A model generated the notes under the pieces. The model did no database searches, had not been told where the DNA came from, and was given only the letters and a program-made list of their open reading frames with translations. A program made the translations under genes and the position numbers. DNA of 64,000 nt from an uncultured Candidatus Saccharibacteria bacterium (lineage in GTDB: Bacteria; Patescibacteriota; Saccharimonadia; Saccharimonadales; UBA10212), in contig CAYWQH010000005.1 of assembly GCA_964460855.1 (NCBI GenBank), positions 2,504 to 66,503 of the forward strand. The letters run 5' to 3'. Each line of letters starts with the position of its first letter. Position 1 is the stretch's first letter. Shown piece by piece: positions 17,605 to 28,908 of the stretch.

Positions 17605-18891
17605 TTAGAAGCCAGTGTCAGATATAAAGACATCGCTCTTTGCATTAGTGTCGCTAGCAATTAAATTAGTAGACCCGCTTGAGTAAGCAGCTTTTTTGCC
17701 ATCTGTAGTAACTGAAATTCCTCCAGAATTTGCGTTTCCGGCTACTCCTCCTGATGATATCGATAGTAACTGAGTAGTAGCATTTGCAACATCGCGTACA
17801 TATATTTCGAAATTTCCACCTGTACTAGTTGTTACAAGATTTGTTGCACCACTGCTGAAAATTACATAGCCTAAATCACTAGGAGTGACTGCTCCTACAG
17901 TATCATCTCCTAATGTACCCCCTGTTGATTTATCTAATAGTGAAAAGCTATTACCAAGCCGATCATAAACATAACCATGCATCGTAGATGTATCAGGTAC
18001 TCCCGAAGTTAATGTATCAGCCAATGAACGAATGCCAATATAATTACCGTTGCAAGACATATTCATTGCTTGGCTGTTTGCATTACCGCTTTGAGTTAGA
18101 TTTGTAATTTTAACGCCATTTCTTAGATCAAATAAGAAAACATCGTTTACGCCGTTAGTATCGCTTGCTGTTAAGTTTGTTGCAGCAGAAGTAACTACTA
18201 CCAGAGATCCATCACAACTAATATCAGTGAGTGTTACGAATCCATTGGCCTGCGTACCACCAGATTGATCTAGAAGAGTTAGAGTGTTCAGTTGCATATC
18301 TTTTACATATAAATGCTCTATGGCGCTAGTGGTAATTGTAGTGCCTAAATTTGTTGCTTGAGTAGTAAAATATGCGAATCTTCCATCGTTACTAATTCGC
18401 GCATTCATAACTGGCATATTTGCCTCAACTCCTGAGGAATTGGTAGTAACTTCTATTACACTGCCTGTATTTCTGTTGTATTCGTATATTTGATTATTAA
18501 AATCCCACCTGAACAGTGCGTATAAGCCGTTTTGACTAATTCCGGCAGCGAAGCTATCTCCCCCTGTAAGCTGCGTTCCTGTCGTAGATAAACTTATTCT
18601 AGTAACAGAATTAGTTGTTAAATCCTTTAAAAATACGTCCGCTTTACTATTAGTATCACCACTTACCATATTGGTGGCGCTTGAACCAAATTCAATGTAC
18701 TTTCCATCTGCTGACATAAAACTACTATTTGTATTATCGTTACCTTGTGTCCCTGAGCTATCAACGCTTACTCGAGTATTTGTGCCTGGTACTGTAGCGA
18801 AAACAGAAACTTTATTTATTATTGAAGGACTTAATATTGCAATTAGCAATAAGCTTGTAGCAGCTAGGCTTTTAAATTTTGTTTTGCGCAT
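17605..18891 (-). CDS. Secreted beta-propeller (TolB/PD40-like repeat) protein, AT-rich gene
   Basis: Start trimmed to MRKTKFKSL (GGGAGGG upstream). Signal peptide. At least five repeats of S.ATNL...DTN...DVF..D. The gene is visibly AT-richer (about 40% GC) than its neighbours. Confidence 0.7.
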   Translation of the reverse strand: MRKTKFKSLAATSLLLIAILSPSIINKVSVFATVPGTNTRVSVDSSGTQGNDNTNSSFMSADGKYIEFGSSATNMVSGDTNSKADVFLKDLTTNSVTRISLSTTGTQLTGGDSFAAGISQNGLYALFRWDFNNQIYEYNRNTGSVIEVTTNSSGVEANMPVMNARISNDGRFAYFTTQATNLGTTITTSAIEHLYVKDMQLNTLTLLDQSGGTQANGFVTLTDISCDGSLVVVTSAATNLTASDTNGVNDVFLFDLRNGVKITNLTQSGNANSQAMNMSCNGNYIGIRSLADTLTSGVPDTSTMHGYVYDRLGNSFSLLDKSTGGTLGDDTVGAVTPSDLGYVIFSSGATNLVTTSTGGNFEIYVRDVANATTQLLSISSGGVAGNANSGGISVTTDGKKAAYSSGSTNLIASDTNAKSDVFISDTGF

Positions 18892-18972
18892 AAATACCCT
18901 CCCCATTTGCTTAGTTTATTAAGCATAAGCATAAATTTGAATTGCTAAAGTTAGAATTGCTATTGACATAAA

Positions 18973-18999
18973 AAATCGGGCGCCCGAAACGCCCGATTT
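18973..18999. terminator. 10-bp hairpin between paralog B2 and the beta-propeller gene
   Basis: aaatcgggcg-cccgaaa-cgcccgattt. Confidence 0.5.
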
Positions 19000-19020
19000 A
19001 AGGAGAAGCTTAATTTTTAA

Positions 19021-20391
19021 CTAGTATGTTGCAGTCGCAACGTAGGTGCTGGTTACACCATAAGAACCGGTTGGCGTTGTGATGTTAGCCGTGGCGGCGT
19101 ACCGCAGGACAATGGCTTCGTCGTCAACAACCGTTGAGGAATTTGCAATTGGTTGCGCGGTTCCTGATTCGTCCCAGGCAAAGCCGTTAGCGACGCCGTA
19201 GGCTTCGGTGCCAACTCCACCTGAACCTAAGTAATTGGTTGCTGGCTCTAGTTTGCATGTGTTGGGGCTAGCAGTATAGCTACATACATAAGATGTAGTA
19301 CTGCCATTATTTATCCCACCTACTGTCATGCCAAACTTTTCTACGCCGGCAGTAAATGTTCCCTGCGTGGTACCCTTCGCGTCAATACATTGGTCGGTAT
19401 TAACGTTACCGGCGTTACAAGTTGAGCCCGCCACACGTAGAGTTCCTAAGTGGTTTGAACCCGTGTCTTGCTCGGCAAAATATACTACCTGTACCCCATT
19501 AGCAGCATTGGTTCTGACCATAGCAGCACCGTTACATGTATTACCGTTAGTAGATGTAGACACTGGGCTTGTGTAGACAGAGGAACTATCTAGGACACCA
19601 AGGTCGATCGTCGTACCGCTTGCGCCACAACTTGCTGCGCCAGTGAACGCTGCCGAACAGTCGGAGGCTACCGAAGTAGTGGCATCGTTTACTGTAGTAC
19701 CGCCGACGCAGAACTGTAATTGTTCTTGCACGCGGGCGTTTACGGTCAGTTGGTTAGCCGTGCTCATAGCCACGCCACCGTCGTCTAGGTGAGTGCCCGG
19801 AGTAGTTGAAGTATAGTCGTCAGCACCAGTGCTGTTACCGAAGGTGCCGTCTCCAGCCGCGTATGTCAAAATGCGACCGTAGAAACTTCCTGGCGTACCA
19901 CTGCTAGAAGCAGTTCCAGAGGGGTTAGTGGCAGTGAATGACAATGTAATTGTGTCGCCGGAAGCACAGCCAACTACACCTGTGGCGTGTCTTAGCAATA
20001 ATCTACCAGTCGATGTAGAGTGAGAATCAACTGTAAAGGCTGTTGGACCTGCCGTACATCCGCCGGTACCCGTTACGTTTATAGTACTGGATGTTGGGGT
20101 GTTGGTAACACCATTTGTAGTGCTGCAAGCGGTGCCAATCAACGGACTATCTTGGCAAATTTCTACCACGATACCCTTAATAGTAGTTGTGCTAGCAACC
20201 CTAAACGATACCGCATAAGTAACGCTTGATTGGCTTAGTTTAGAACTTGATATTGTTATGCTTCTATGTGATAGCTGTGCTGCAGCTGATTTCTGCGGTT
20301 GTACCAATGCTGGTACTGCTAGTGCCATTACGAACAGAAAAGCGGTTCCAAAAGCTAATACTCTTCGGGGCACATGTCGTGCGAGTAGCAT
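19021..20391 (-). CDS. Secreted Thr/Gly/Cys-rich surface protein, paralog B2
   Basis: 456 aa, collinear with B1 over its full length (AAQLSHRSITISSS ... GSYGVTSTYVATATY). AGGAGA upstream of the ATG. Confidence 0.75.
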   Translation of the reverse strand: MLLARHVPRRVLAFGTAFLFVMALAVPALVQPQKSAAAQLSHRSITISSSKLSQSSVTYAVSFRVASTTTIKGIVVEICQDSPLIGTACSTTNGVTNTPTSSTINVTGTGGCTAGPTAFTVDSHSTSTGRLLLRHATGVVGCASGDTITLSFTATNPSGTASSSGTPGSFYGRILTYAAGDGTFGNSTGADDYTSTTPGTHLDDGGVAMSTANQLTVNARVQEQLQFCVGGTTVNDATTSVASDCSAAFTGAASCGASGTTIDLGVLDSSSVYTSPVSTSTNGNTCNGAAMVRTNAANGVQVVYFAEQDTGSNHLGTLRVAGSTCNAGNVNTDQCIDAKGTTQGTFTAGVEKFGMTVGGINNGSTTSYVCSYTASPNTCKLEPATNYLGSGGVGTEAYGVANGFAWDESGTAQPIANSSTVVDDEAIVLRYAATANITTPTGSYGVTSTYVATATY

Positions 20392-20499
20392 GTGTTTCTC
20401 CTTTTATATACGAATTTTTATTTTTAATGTTACCCGGTAAATGTATCACAAGCATTATGGGGGTGCAAGTATATAACGAAACGTTTATCCACAAGCAGT

Positions 20500-21246
20500 T
20501 TAATATGTGCCGACCACTACAATGTCGTGGTTCATGGTGTACAGGCCGGCTTTAGTCAGCGGTGCCATGTTGGCAATGTAGCTAACTGTGTAGTCAGTTT
20601 CGCCTATCCCTTGGTTGCTGGCGGTTTTAGGTGAGCTGGCAATTAAATCGCCCTGGTTATATTGGTACAAATTTGTAGTGTTATAGCCTGGGGCGGCCTG
20701 GCCGTCGGCAAAAGTGTTGTCCGGCTGGTTAACCGGGTCGGCACCGATGCTGGCCGGTACGGTATTGGCTACCAGGTTCATGCCGAATTGCTCGGTATTG
20801 GTGGCCGGCGCGGCGGCTGAAGTTATCGGATTCAACGGATTACCGGATTCATTGGTAGGCGGCGGGCTCATAGTAAATACGCTATAGCCGCTGGATAAGT
20901 ATGTTCGGACCGTAAAAGTACCGCTGCCGTAGGCAGTTGAGGATGTCGAAAGCAATCCTAAATCGATAGTTGCCGTATTTACTACCATTTCCAGGTATGG
21001 CGTTGTGTCCGAAGCATTGCCGCCGGCGTTTCGGAAGTTGGTACTGTTGCTTACATTACTACCAATACCGCCGGCCGATTGCCGGGCCTTATAGTTGGCG
21101 GAACTAGAGTCAAGCGCGCCACCGGTTCCGAAAAACACTTCTTCGACCTGGTAGCTGCTTGAACTGGCCTGGGCAAAGACTAAAGGGCTGCTGCTCATTA
21201 CGAGCAAACTGAAAGTAAACGTTATTGCGAGTCCCAAACGTCTCAT
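20500..21246 (-). CDS. Secreted surface protein, short paralog C (C-terminal domain of the family)
   Basis: Start at the ATG (MRRLGLAITF). Signal peptide. Shares QFGMNL, GDLIASSP, DYTVSYIAN and a terminal hydrophobic strand with protein A. Confidence 0.65.
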   Translation of the reverse strand: MRRLGLAITFTFSLLVMSSSPLVFAQASSSSYQVEEVFFGTGGALDSSSANYKARQSAGGIGSNVSNSTNFRNAGGNASDTTPYLEMVVNTATIDLGLLSTSSTAYGSGTFTVRTYLSSGYSVFTMSPPPTNESGNPLNPITSAAAPATNTEQFGMNLVANTVPASIGADPVNQPDNTFADGQAAPGYNTTNLYQYNQGDLIASSPKTASNQGIGETDYTVSYIANMAPLTKAGLYTMNHDIVVVGTY

Positions 21247-21310
21247 TGCTGGCAATTATACCAACCATAAGAATATTGCCGCAATATTTTTTGTTTAAGT
21301 TGGCAAGCTT

Positions 21311-21997
21311 TTAATCAAGCTTGAAGCTATCTACAATCTGCTTTAAAACATCCGTGTAATTTCGGTCGGACTGGTCTTTTAAGGAAATGCCAACGTACGA
21401 TAATGACCCTTTTGAATCATATAACGGCAAGTCGTAACTGCCGCCCACCACACCGGCCGCCACAAATTCTTCGCTGCCAATTACATCGCAGAAAAATTTC
21501 ACGCCGGCGTATTGTTGCGGGTATACGGCTTGGGTCGGCTTGCCATCGCCTTTAAATTTGCAGCGCGGTGAAACCTCTTGGGAAACGATTTTGCCGTGAG
21601 GTATGGTAACCGGAATAATATATTTAACCGGCAAGTTGCCGATAGTCTTATCCATATATATATCCAGTTCGTACTGGATCAAGCCGTTATGCGAGCTGTA
21701 ATAAACATACTTATTCGGCAGTTGGCTGGCCGGGCGCGAGAATTGCCATTCGTATGATGATTCGAAATAAAACTTTCCGCTGTCGTACTGGTGCTTGGGG
21801 TTGCCGTAATAAGTTTCGGTAACCTTTTTTTGGTTTTCGACGGCTGTTTCTTTTATTGAGGATTGCTGCCATACATATACGCCTACCGCAACTACTGCTA
21901 AAAGTACTACTATAAAACCTACCAAAAATACACGATGTGCCCTCTCCCACCGTTTGACACGCCGATTCAGGTTCTTTTTGTAGTAGTAGCCTCTCAT
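21311..21997 (-). CDS. Hypothetical membrane-anchored protein
   Basis: 228 aa; N-terminal TM (VFLVGFIVVLLAVVAVGVYVW); no recognised domain. Confidence 0.5.
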   Translation of the reverse strand: MRGYYYKKNLNRRVKRWERAHRVFLVGFIVVLLAVVAVGVYVWQQSSIKETAVENQKKVTETYYGNPKHQYDSGKFYFESSYEWQFSRPASQLPNKYVYYSSHNGLIQYELDIYMDKTIGNLPVKYIIPVTIPHGKIVSQEVSPRCKFKGDGKPTQAVYPQQYAGVKFFCDVIGSEEFVAAGVVGGSYDLPLYDSKGSLSYVGISLKDQSDRNYTDVLKQIVDSFKLD

Positions 21998-22105
21998 CTT
22001 ATAGTAATGCTTAGCTTAATTGTTGCTTAAAAGGGATGAAAGTGCAAGAAAGTGTTTACGCTTAGCTATTAAGCATATATTATAGGGGCAATAGCCAACA
22101 GGTAA

Positions 22106-23095
22106 TTGGTGGTAATGGAAGAAGATAAAAAAGACAAAGGCCCGTCGGTTGATGACAATTTAAACGGCACGCTGGACGGCGACACGTCGGCCGAAACAGC
22201 CGCCCAAATCGACAAAGACGACAAGGCCCTCAAACCCAAGAAAGCAGGCGGCCCGATTGGAATAATAAAGCGGCTGGCTAGCCATTTGAATATCTATATG
22301 CTGCTGTTTATTTTTATCTTAATCGTAGCCGGCGGCATTACTTACGTGGCCCAGCAAAGCAGCAAAAAAGCCGCCGACCAGCAAAAAGCCCAGGACAAGC
22401 TAAGCGCCGACCAGTTAAGCGCCCTGCAAAACAGCTCGACTAAAATTGGCGACCCCAAGCAAGTTTTAAACATAGAAAGCAGCACGATTTTTAGCGGCAA
22501 AGTATTGGTTAAAGACAGCCTGGACGTGGCCGGCACCATCCACGTCGGCGGCGCGTTGGCTTTGCCGGGCATTACGGTTAGCGGCACCAGCAGTTTCGAC
22601 ACTATAGTGGCAAACAGCTTAAATGTTACTGGTAATACGAGTGTCCAAGGGTCGCTGACAGTTCAAAAAGGCTTGAACGTGAGCGGCCCAGTGACCTTTG
22701 GCGGGCCAATTTCGGCGCCGCAAATTAATATCGAAAACCTGCAGGTAACCAAGGATTTGCTAATAAACAGCCATATAAATCCAACTGGCGTTACACCCGG
22801 CAAGGCAGACGGTGGCGCACTGGGAGCCGGCGGTACGGCCTCGGTTAACGGCAGCGACACGGCCGGGACGGTTACTATTAACACTGGCGCCGGAGCACCT
22901 TCCGGTTGTTTTGTGACAGTTAATTTCAGCCAGCACTTCGGCAGCACGCCGCATGTTGTAATTTCACCCGTAGGCCTGGGCGCCGCCAGCTTGCAGTACT
23001 ACGTTAACCGCACCAACGTGAACTTCTCGATCTGCACGGCTAACGCCCCGCCCTCGCAAACAACCTTTTTCTTCGACTATATTGCTCTAGACTAG
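22106..23095 (+). CDS. Hypothetical membrane-anchored protein with beta-helix-like repeats
   Basis: 329 aa. One TM (IYMLLFIFILIVAGGITYV), then short repeats of the type V.G..SV.GSLTV.KGLNVSG. Confidence 0.5.
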   Translation: MVVMEEDKKDKGPSVDDNLNGTLDGDTSAETAAQIDKDDKALKPKKAGGPIGIIKRLASHLNIYMLLFIFILIVAGGITYVAQQSSKKAADQQKAQDKLSADQLSALQNSSTKIGDPKQVLNIESSTIFSGKVLVKDSLDVAGTIHVGGALALPGITVSGTSSFDTIVANSLNVTGNTSVQGSLTVQKGLNVSGPVTFGGPISAPQINIENLQVTKDLLINSHINPTGVTPGKADGGALGAGGTASVNGSDTAGTVTINTGAGAPSGCFVTVNFSQHFGSTPHVVISPVGLGAASLQYYVNRTNVNFSICTANAPPSQTTFFFDYIALD

Positions 23096-23123
23096 CGCTC
23101 GCCATAAATTTTCAGCGACATTC

Positions 23124-23260
23124 GCAAACGATATTGAATTTTGACTAGCCAGGTGCCGCGCCGAAAAAATCCCTAAAGAGTCTTCTTCGCATTATTTAAG
23201 ATTGCTCAGAAGAGATTTTCGGCTTTACTCGGCAATATAAGTCAAAATTCATCTGTTTGC
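23124..23260. repeat. Long imperfect nested palindrome downstream of 22106..23095
   Basis: Nested arms: gcaaac/gtttgc (23124-23129 / 23255-23260), gaattttgact/agtcaaaattc (23136-23146 / 23240-23250), gccgaaaa/ttttcggc (23160-23167 / 23216-23223), tcttct/agaaga inside. Confidence 0.5.
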
Positions 23261-23359
23261 TCGAGCCGCTTCGAATCTTAGGGCTCGCTTTACTAAAGAA
23301 GGGTGGCTCACGTCCGGTGGGAAATCGGCGGTTCGCATTGCTCAACCACTGATATAGCA

Positions 23360-23388
23360 TTGCTATATTCTTTTAATTATTGTATTAT
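23360..23388 (+). promoter_or_regulatory. sigma70-like promoter of cassette C
   Basis: TTGCTA (23360-23365), 17 bp, TATTAT (23383-23388). Confidence 0.5.
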
Positions 23389-23422
23389 ATGTTATTCGGC
23401 AGTACCGAAACCCCTGGAGGGA

Positions 23423-23731
23423 ATGGTGGGTACGAATTCGAACGGAAAGACTTTGCAGGAACTGAACACTGAGTACCTGCGCTGGGAAAAGATCCGCAAG
23501 TACGGCATTATCGTACACGCGATAACTGTGTGGTCCTTCATCACGATCATCTTCATTCTGGGCGCCGCGCTGCATGTGGTGAACGCCAACGGCTTCCTCC
23601 ATTCGCCCATCATGAACTTCTATGTAGTGGTGGCGCTCGGGAGCCTGGCGATGGTACTCGTGGCGAATCACAGGAGACTCGACGTCAAGAAGAAGTTCGA
23701 GAGCCGCCGCGGAAGGATCACCAGTGTGTGA
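23423..23731 (+). CDS. Small 2-TM membrane protein (102 aa), unknown function (cassette C)
   Basis: SD ctggaggg, ATG at 23423. MVGTNSNGKTLQELNTEYLRWEKIRKYG, then helices IIVHAITVWSFITIIFILGAAL and FYVVVALGSLAMVLVA, then a basic tail. GC3-rich. Confidence 0.6.
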   Translation: MVGTNSNGKTLQELNTEYLRWEKIRKYGIIVHAITVWSFITIIFILGAALHVVNANGFLHSPIMNFYVVVALGSLAMVLVANHRRLDVKKKFESRRGRITSV

Positions 23732-23745
23732 AGCTGGCCGCGCTA

Positions 23746-23774
23746 GGGTGAGGGCGAACATGCGGCCCTCACCC
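23746..23774 (+). terminator. GC hairpin after the cassette C ORF
   Basis: gggtgagggc (23746-23755) / gccctcaccc (23765-23774): perfect 10-bp stem. Confidence 0.5.
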
Positions 23775-23803
23775 GCCCACCGGTACTGCCGAATTTTTAT
23801 AAT

Positions 23804-24073
23804 TTACACGTCTAGAAAAACTATAACTTTATCCGCTTTAACGTGCATGACGCCGCGGGTAATTTTGAGCTTGAAGTCGTCGGCCCCGTGCTTGCGTACC
23901 ACAACTTCGCCGGGGTTTAGCAAAGTCATAAAGTTTTTATGGTGCGGCAGTATGTCGAACGGGCCGGTATCGTTAACGGCGCTGATACTGTTGGCATCAT
24001 CGTCGAAATAATTTTTAAACGGCGAATAGATTTTAATCCTTACTGTATCTGTAATGGCAAACTTGTCGGCCAT
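23804..24073 (-). CDS. atpC: F1 ATP synthase subunit epsilon (short, beta-sandwich only)
   Basis: 89 aa, last gene of the atp operon. GPFDILPHHKNFMTLL pattern. Lacks the C-terminal helical hairpin. Confidence 0.75.
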   Translation of the reverse strand: MADKFAITDTVRIKIYSPFKNYFDDDANSISAVNDTGPFDILPHHKNFMTLLNPGEVVVRKHGADDFKLKITRGVMHVKADKVIVFLDV

Positions 24074-24075
24074 GG

Positions 24076-26236
<2,161 letters not shown>

Positions 26237-26240
<4 letters not shown>

Positions 26241-27811
26241 TTCGCCTCCACCTTCTGTTTTTCCTTGTCTTTTTTATCTTCTTTCTTATCTTTATCGTCT
26301 TTTTTGTCACCGTCTTTGGCCTCGGTTGGCGGCGGGGCATCGGGGTCGCCGGTTTTAGGCGCCGGTTTGGCGTCGGGCGCGCCCTTAAGCTCTACAACGC
26401 ATTGGGTTTTAAGTTCTTTGCTGACCGCTTCGAAGTTTTTGCCGTCGGCATCGACCTTTTTGGCGAATTCACCCACCGAGTCTTTTAGTTTCTGGACATC
26501 AATTTGTTCGTTATCGCCAACGTGCAACACAATATCGAAAATTAATTGCTGGGCCATAAACGAAAAGGTTTCGCCGGGCTTTTGGTTGAGCGCTTCGAGA
26601 ATTAATTTACCCAGCTTCATATCTTTTTGGGCGCTCAGGGCCAGCTCGGAACCGAAGTGCGAAAATTCCTGGGCCTGGCGGTAGGCGGCCATGGTTTTAA
26701 GGGTGGTAGCGGCCTGGTCTTTTTGGCGGTCGTTGTGTCCGGCGCCGCCGATACGGGTGACGCTTAAGCCGATGCTCATGGCCGGGCGCAGGCCGTCGCG
26801 AAAAACGTCCATGTCTAAAATCCACTGCCCGTCGGTAATCGACATAATGTTTGTCGGCAGGTAAGCCGTGATGTCGCCGCCGGCGGCGTTAACTAGAGGG
26901 ATGGAGGTTAAATGCTTATGGTTGCGGTTAAGCCGGCCGGCCCGCTCCAGCAGCGAACTGTGCGAATAAAACATGTCGCCGGGGTAGCTGTCGCGGCCGG
27001 GGCTGACGCCGGATAGCAAAGCGATTTCTCGTACGGCATGGGCGTGGCTGGTTAAGTCGTCGTAAATAATCACGGCGTCCTGGTCGAGTTTTTGCCAAAA
27101 ATACTCGGCCATGGCGCAGCCCACGTAAGGCGCTAAGTAGCTCATAACTAAAGATTCAAACATGGTAGAGACCACTACAATCGCTTTGCTTAGCGCCTGG
27201 TTTTCTTCGAGGCGGGTTAGCAAGGTATCGACGTCGCTGCGGCGTTTGGCGATTAAAACGTAAATAACCGTTTGGTCGGTGTTTTTCTGGTTGATTGCCA
27301 GCTGGGTAGCCAGCGTGCTTTTGCCGGATTTGCTGTCGCCCAAAAGGGCCATACGCTGGCCGCGGACCACCGGGAAAATGGTGTCGACGGCAATAACGCC
27401 AGATTCCAATTGGTCGCTTAACAGCTGGCGTTCGAATATTGGCGGCGCGGTGTTAAACACCGGCCAAGTCATATCTGCCGGAATCGGGCCTTTGCCGTCC
27501 AGCGGTTCGCCGGTTACGGTTACCACCCGGCCGACAAAGTCTTTGCCGACTTTAGAAACCAGTTCGTTGTGCTGCACGACAGCCACCATACCCACCCGCA
27601 GCGGCGTGGCGCCGAGGTGCAAAATAGTGACGTCGTCTTCCAAAACATGCTGGACAAAGCCTTTGGAGCCGTCTTCGAACATAACCAACGTGTGGACGGT
27701 TACCGGCTGCAGGCCGCGGACTTTTACCAAAAAGCTGTTAACGGCCACGACTTCGCCGACGGGATTGCCCATTTCGACAAATCTTTTGAAATGCGCATTG
27801 TCACTATTCAT
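26237..27811 (-). CDS. atpA: F1 ATP synthase subunit alpha with a Lys/Asp/Pro-rich C-terminal tail
   Basis: 524 aa. Walker A GDSKSGKS. About 60 aa of low-complexity tail ([36 protein letters not shown]). Confidence 0.9.
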
Positions 27812-28286
27812 CAGCGACCCCTTCGATCAACTCGACTAGGTAGCCCTCTTGTTGTTTGAGGTGGTTGCGCAAGCTCAAATCAAAAAATAAGTTGGGCGAA
27901 CGGACAGTACAGCCGGCGGCAATGCTCGGCTGCAAGCCAACCTGTAATAGTACCTGGGGGTGGATATTCAGCCGCATCCACTGCAGTATTTTTTGGACAG
28001 CTAAGGCCGAAGGTTCGGCGGCAAAACTTACGTGCACCAGCGGGCCTTTGCCCAAAACTGCGTTTAGCATGGCGTAAAGCTGCTTGCGGGCCGGTTCATC
28101 CAGCAGGTTAATACCGTTTTCTTTGGCCAGTTCTTCTAATGGCCGGGTCAGCCTGGGCAGCACCATAGGCGTACCCGGCACCCGTACTTGCACCTGTATC
28201 ATGTAGTCTTGGAGCGCGTTAAGCTCGCGCATCATGCGCGCCACGTCAACTTTACTGGTAACCGTTAATGGCAGTTTAAGTTCCAC
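27804..28286 (-). CDS. atpH: ATP synthase subunit delta (OSCP)
   Basis: 160 aa. Called from its position between b and alpha and from size and helical character; the sequence is divergent. Confidence 0.6.
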   Translation of the reverse strand: MELKLPLTVTSKVDVARMMRELNALQDYMIQVQVRVPGTPMVLPRLTRPLEELAKENGINLLDEPARKQLYAMLNAVLGKGPLVHVSFAAEPSALAVQKILQWMRLNIHPQVLLQVGLQPSIAAGCTVRSPNLFFDLSLRNHLKQQEGYLVELIEGVADE

Positions 28287-28899
28287 GTTTAATATCCTCT
28301 AAGATGGCTTCCTTATTGCTGTCTAACTCGGCGAGGATATAGTCGAGTTGGTCGGACAGTTCAATCTGGTTGCCAATAGCCCGCAAAACATAGTGGTTAA
28401 CAATACCGGCCATTTCTTTTTCGAAACGCGAAAGGATGCGCATTTTTTCGGCCTCAACCTGGGCGTGCAGTTGCTCTTCCAGAAGCGACCTTTGTTGCTC
28501 GATAGTGGTACGGGTTTTTTCGATGGAATCGAGGGCGATTTGCTTGGCGTCGTTAATCGACTGCTCGTACTTTTTAAACTCCTCTTGCAGCGTGCTGGTG
28601 ATTTGGGCCCGCATGTAATCGTTAAGCTGGGCGGTAGTGGCCTGCAAGTCCTGTTGCAGGAACATGGCGTTTTCGCCGATGATTTTTTCGAAATGCAGGC
28701 GCCCGCGGTTGCGCAGTTCTTCGCGGAATTCGGCGTTAAATATATGCTCTACGTCTTTTTCGGCGCCTTCTTCGTAGGTGGCTGCCAAGGATTTTTTGCC
28801 TTTCCTTTGGCCGCCGTTAACACTGAAAGCCAGCCACAAAAAAGCGCCCGTGGCTGCGAGCAGTGATCCGACAACAAGTATTAGCCCACCCGTATTCAT
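28276..28899 (-). CDS. atpF: ATP synthase subunit b
   Basis: 207 aa. Single N-terminal TM followed by a long charged coiled coil; operon position. Confidence 0.6.
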   Translation of the reverse strand: MNTGGLILVVGSLLAATGAFLWLAFSVNGGQRKGKKSLAATYEEGAEKDVEHIFNAEFREELRNRGRLHFEKIIGENAMFLQQDLQATTAQLNDYMRAQITSTLQEEFKKYEQSINDAKQIALDSIEKTRTTIEQQRSLLEEQLHAQVEAEKMRILSRFEKEMAGIVNHYVLRAIGNQIELSDQLDYILAELDSNKEAILEDIKRGT

Positions 28900-28908
28900 G
28901 TTTTTATC

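Larger units (their letters stand above)
23394..23794. repeat. 14-bp perfect inverted repeat bracketing cassette C
   Basis: attcggcagtaccg (23394-23407, at the predicted transcript start) and cggtactgccgaat (23781-23794), followed by TTTTT. Confidence 0.8.

Noticed and set aside
23300-23360. tRNA-like fragment (ggcGGTTCGCATtgc)
   Set aside because: It resembles a T-loop, but there is no flanking complementary T-stem, acceptor or anticodon arm.
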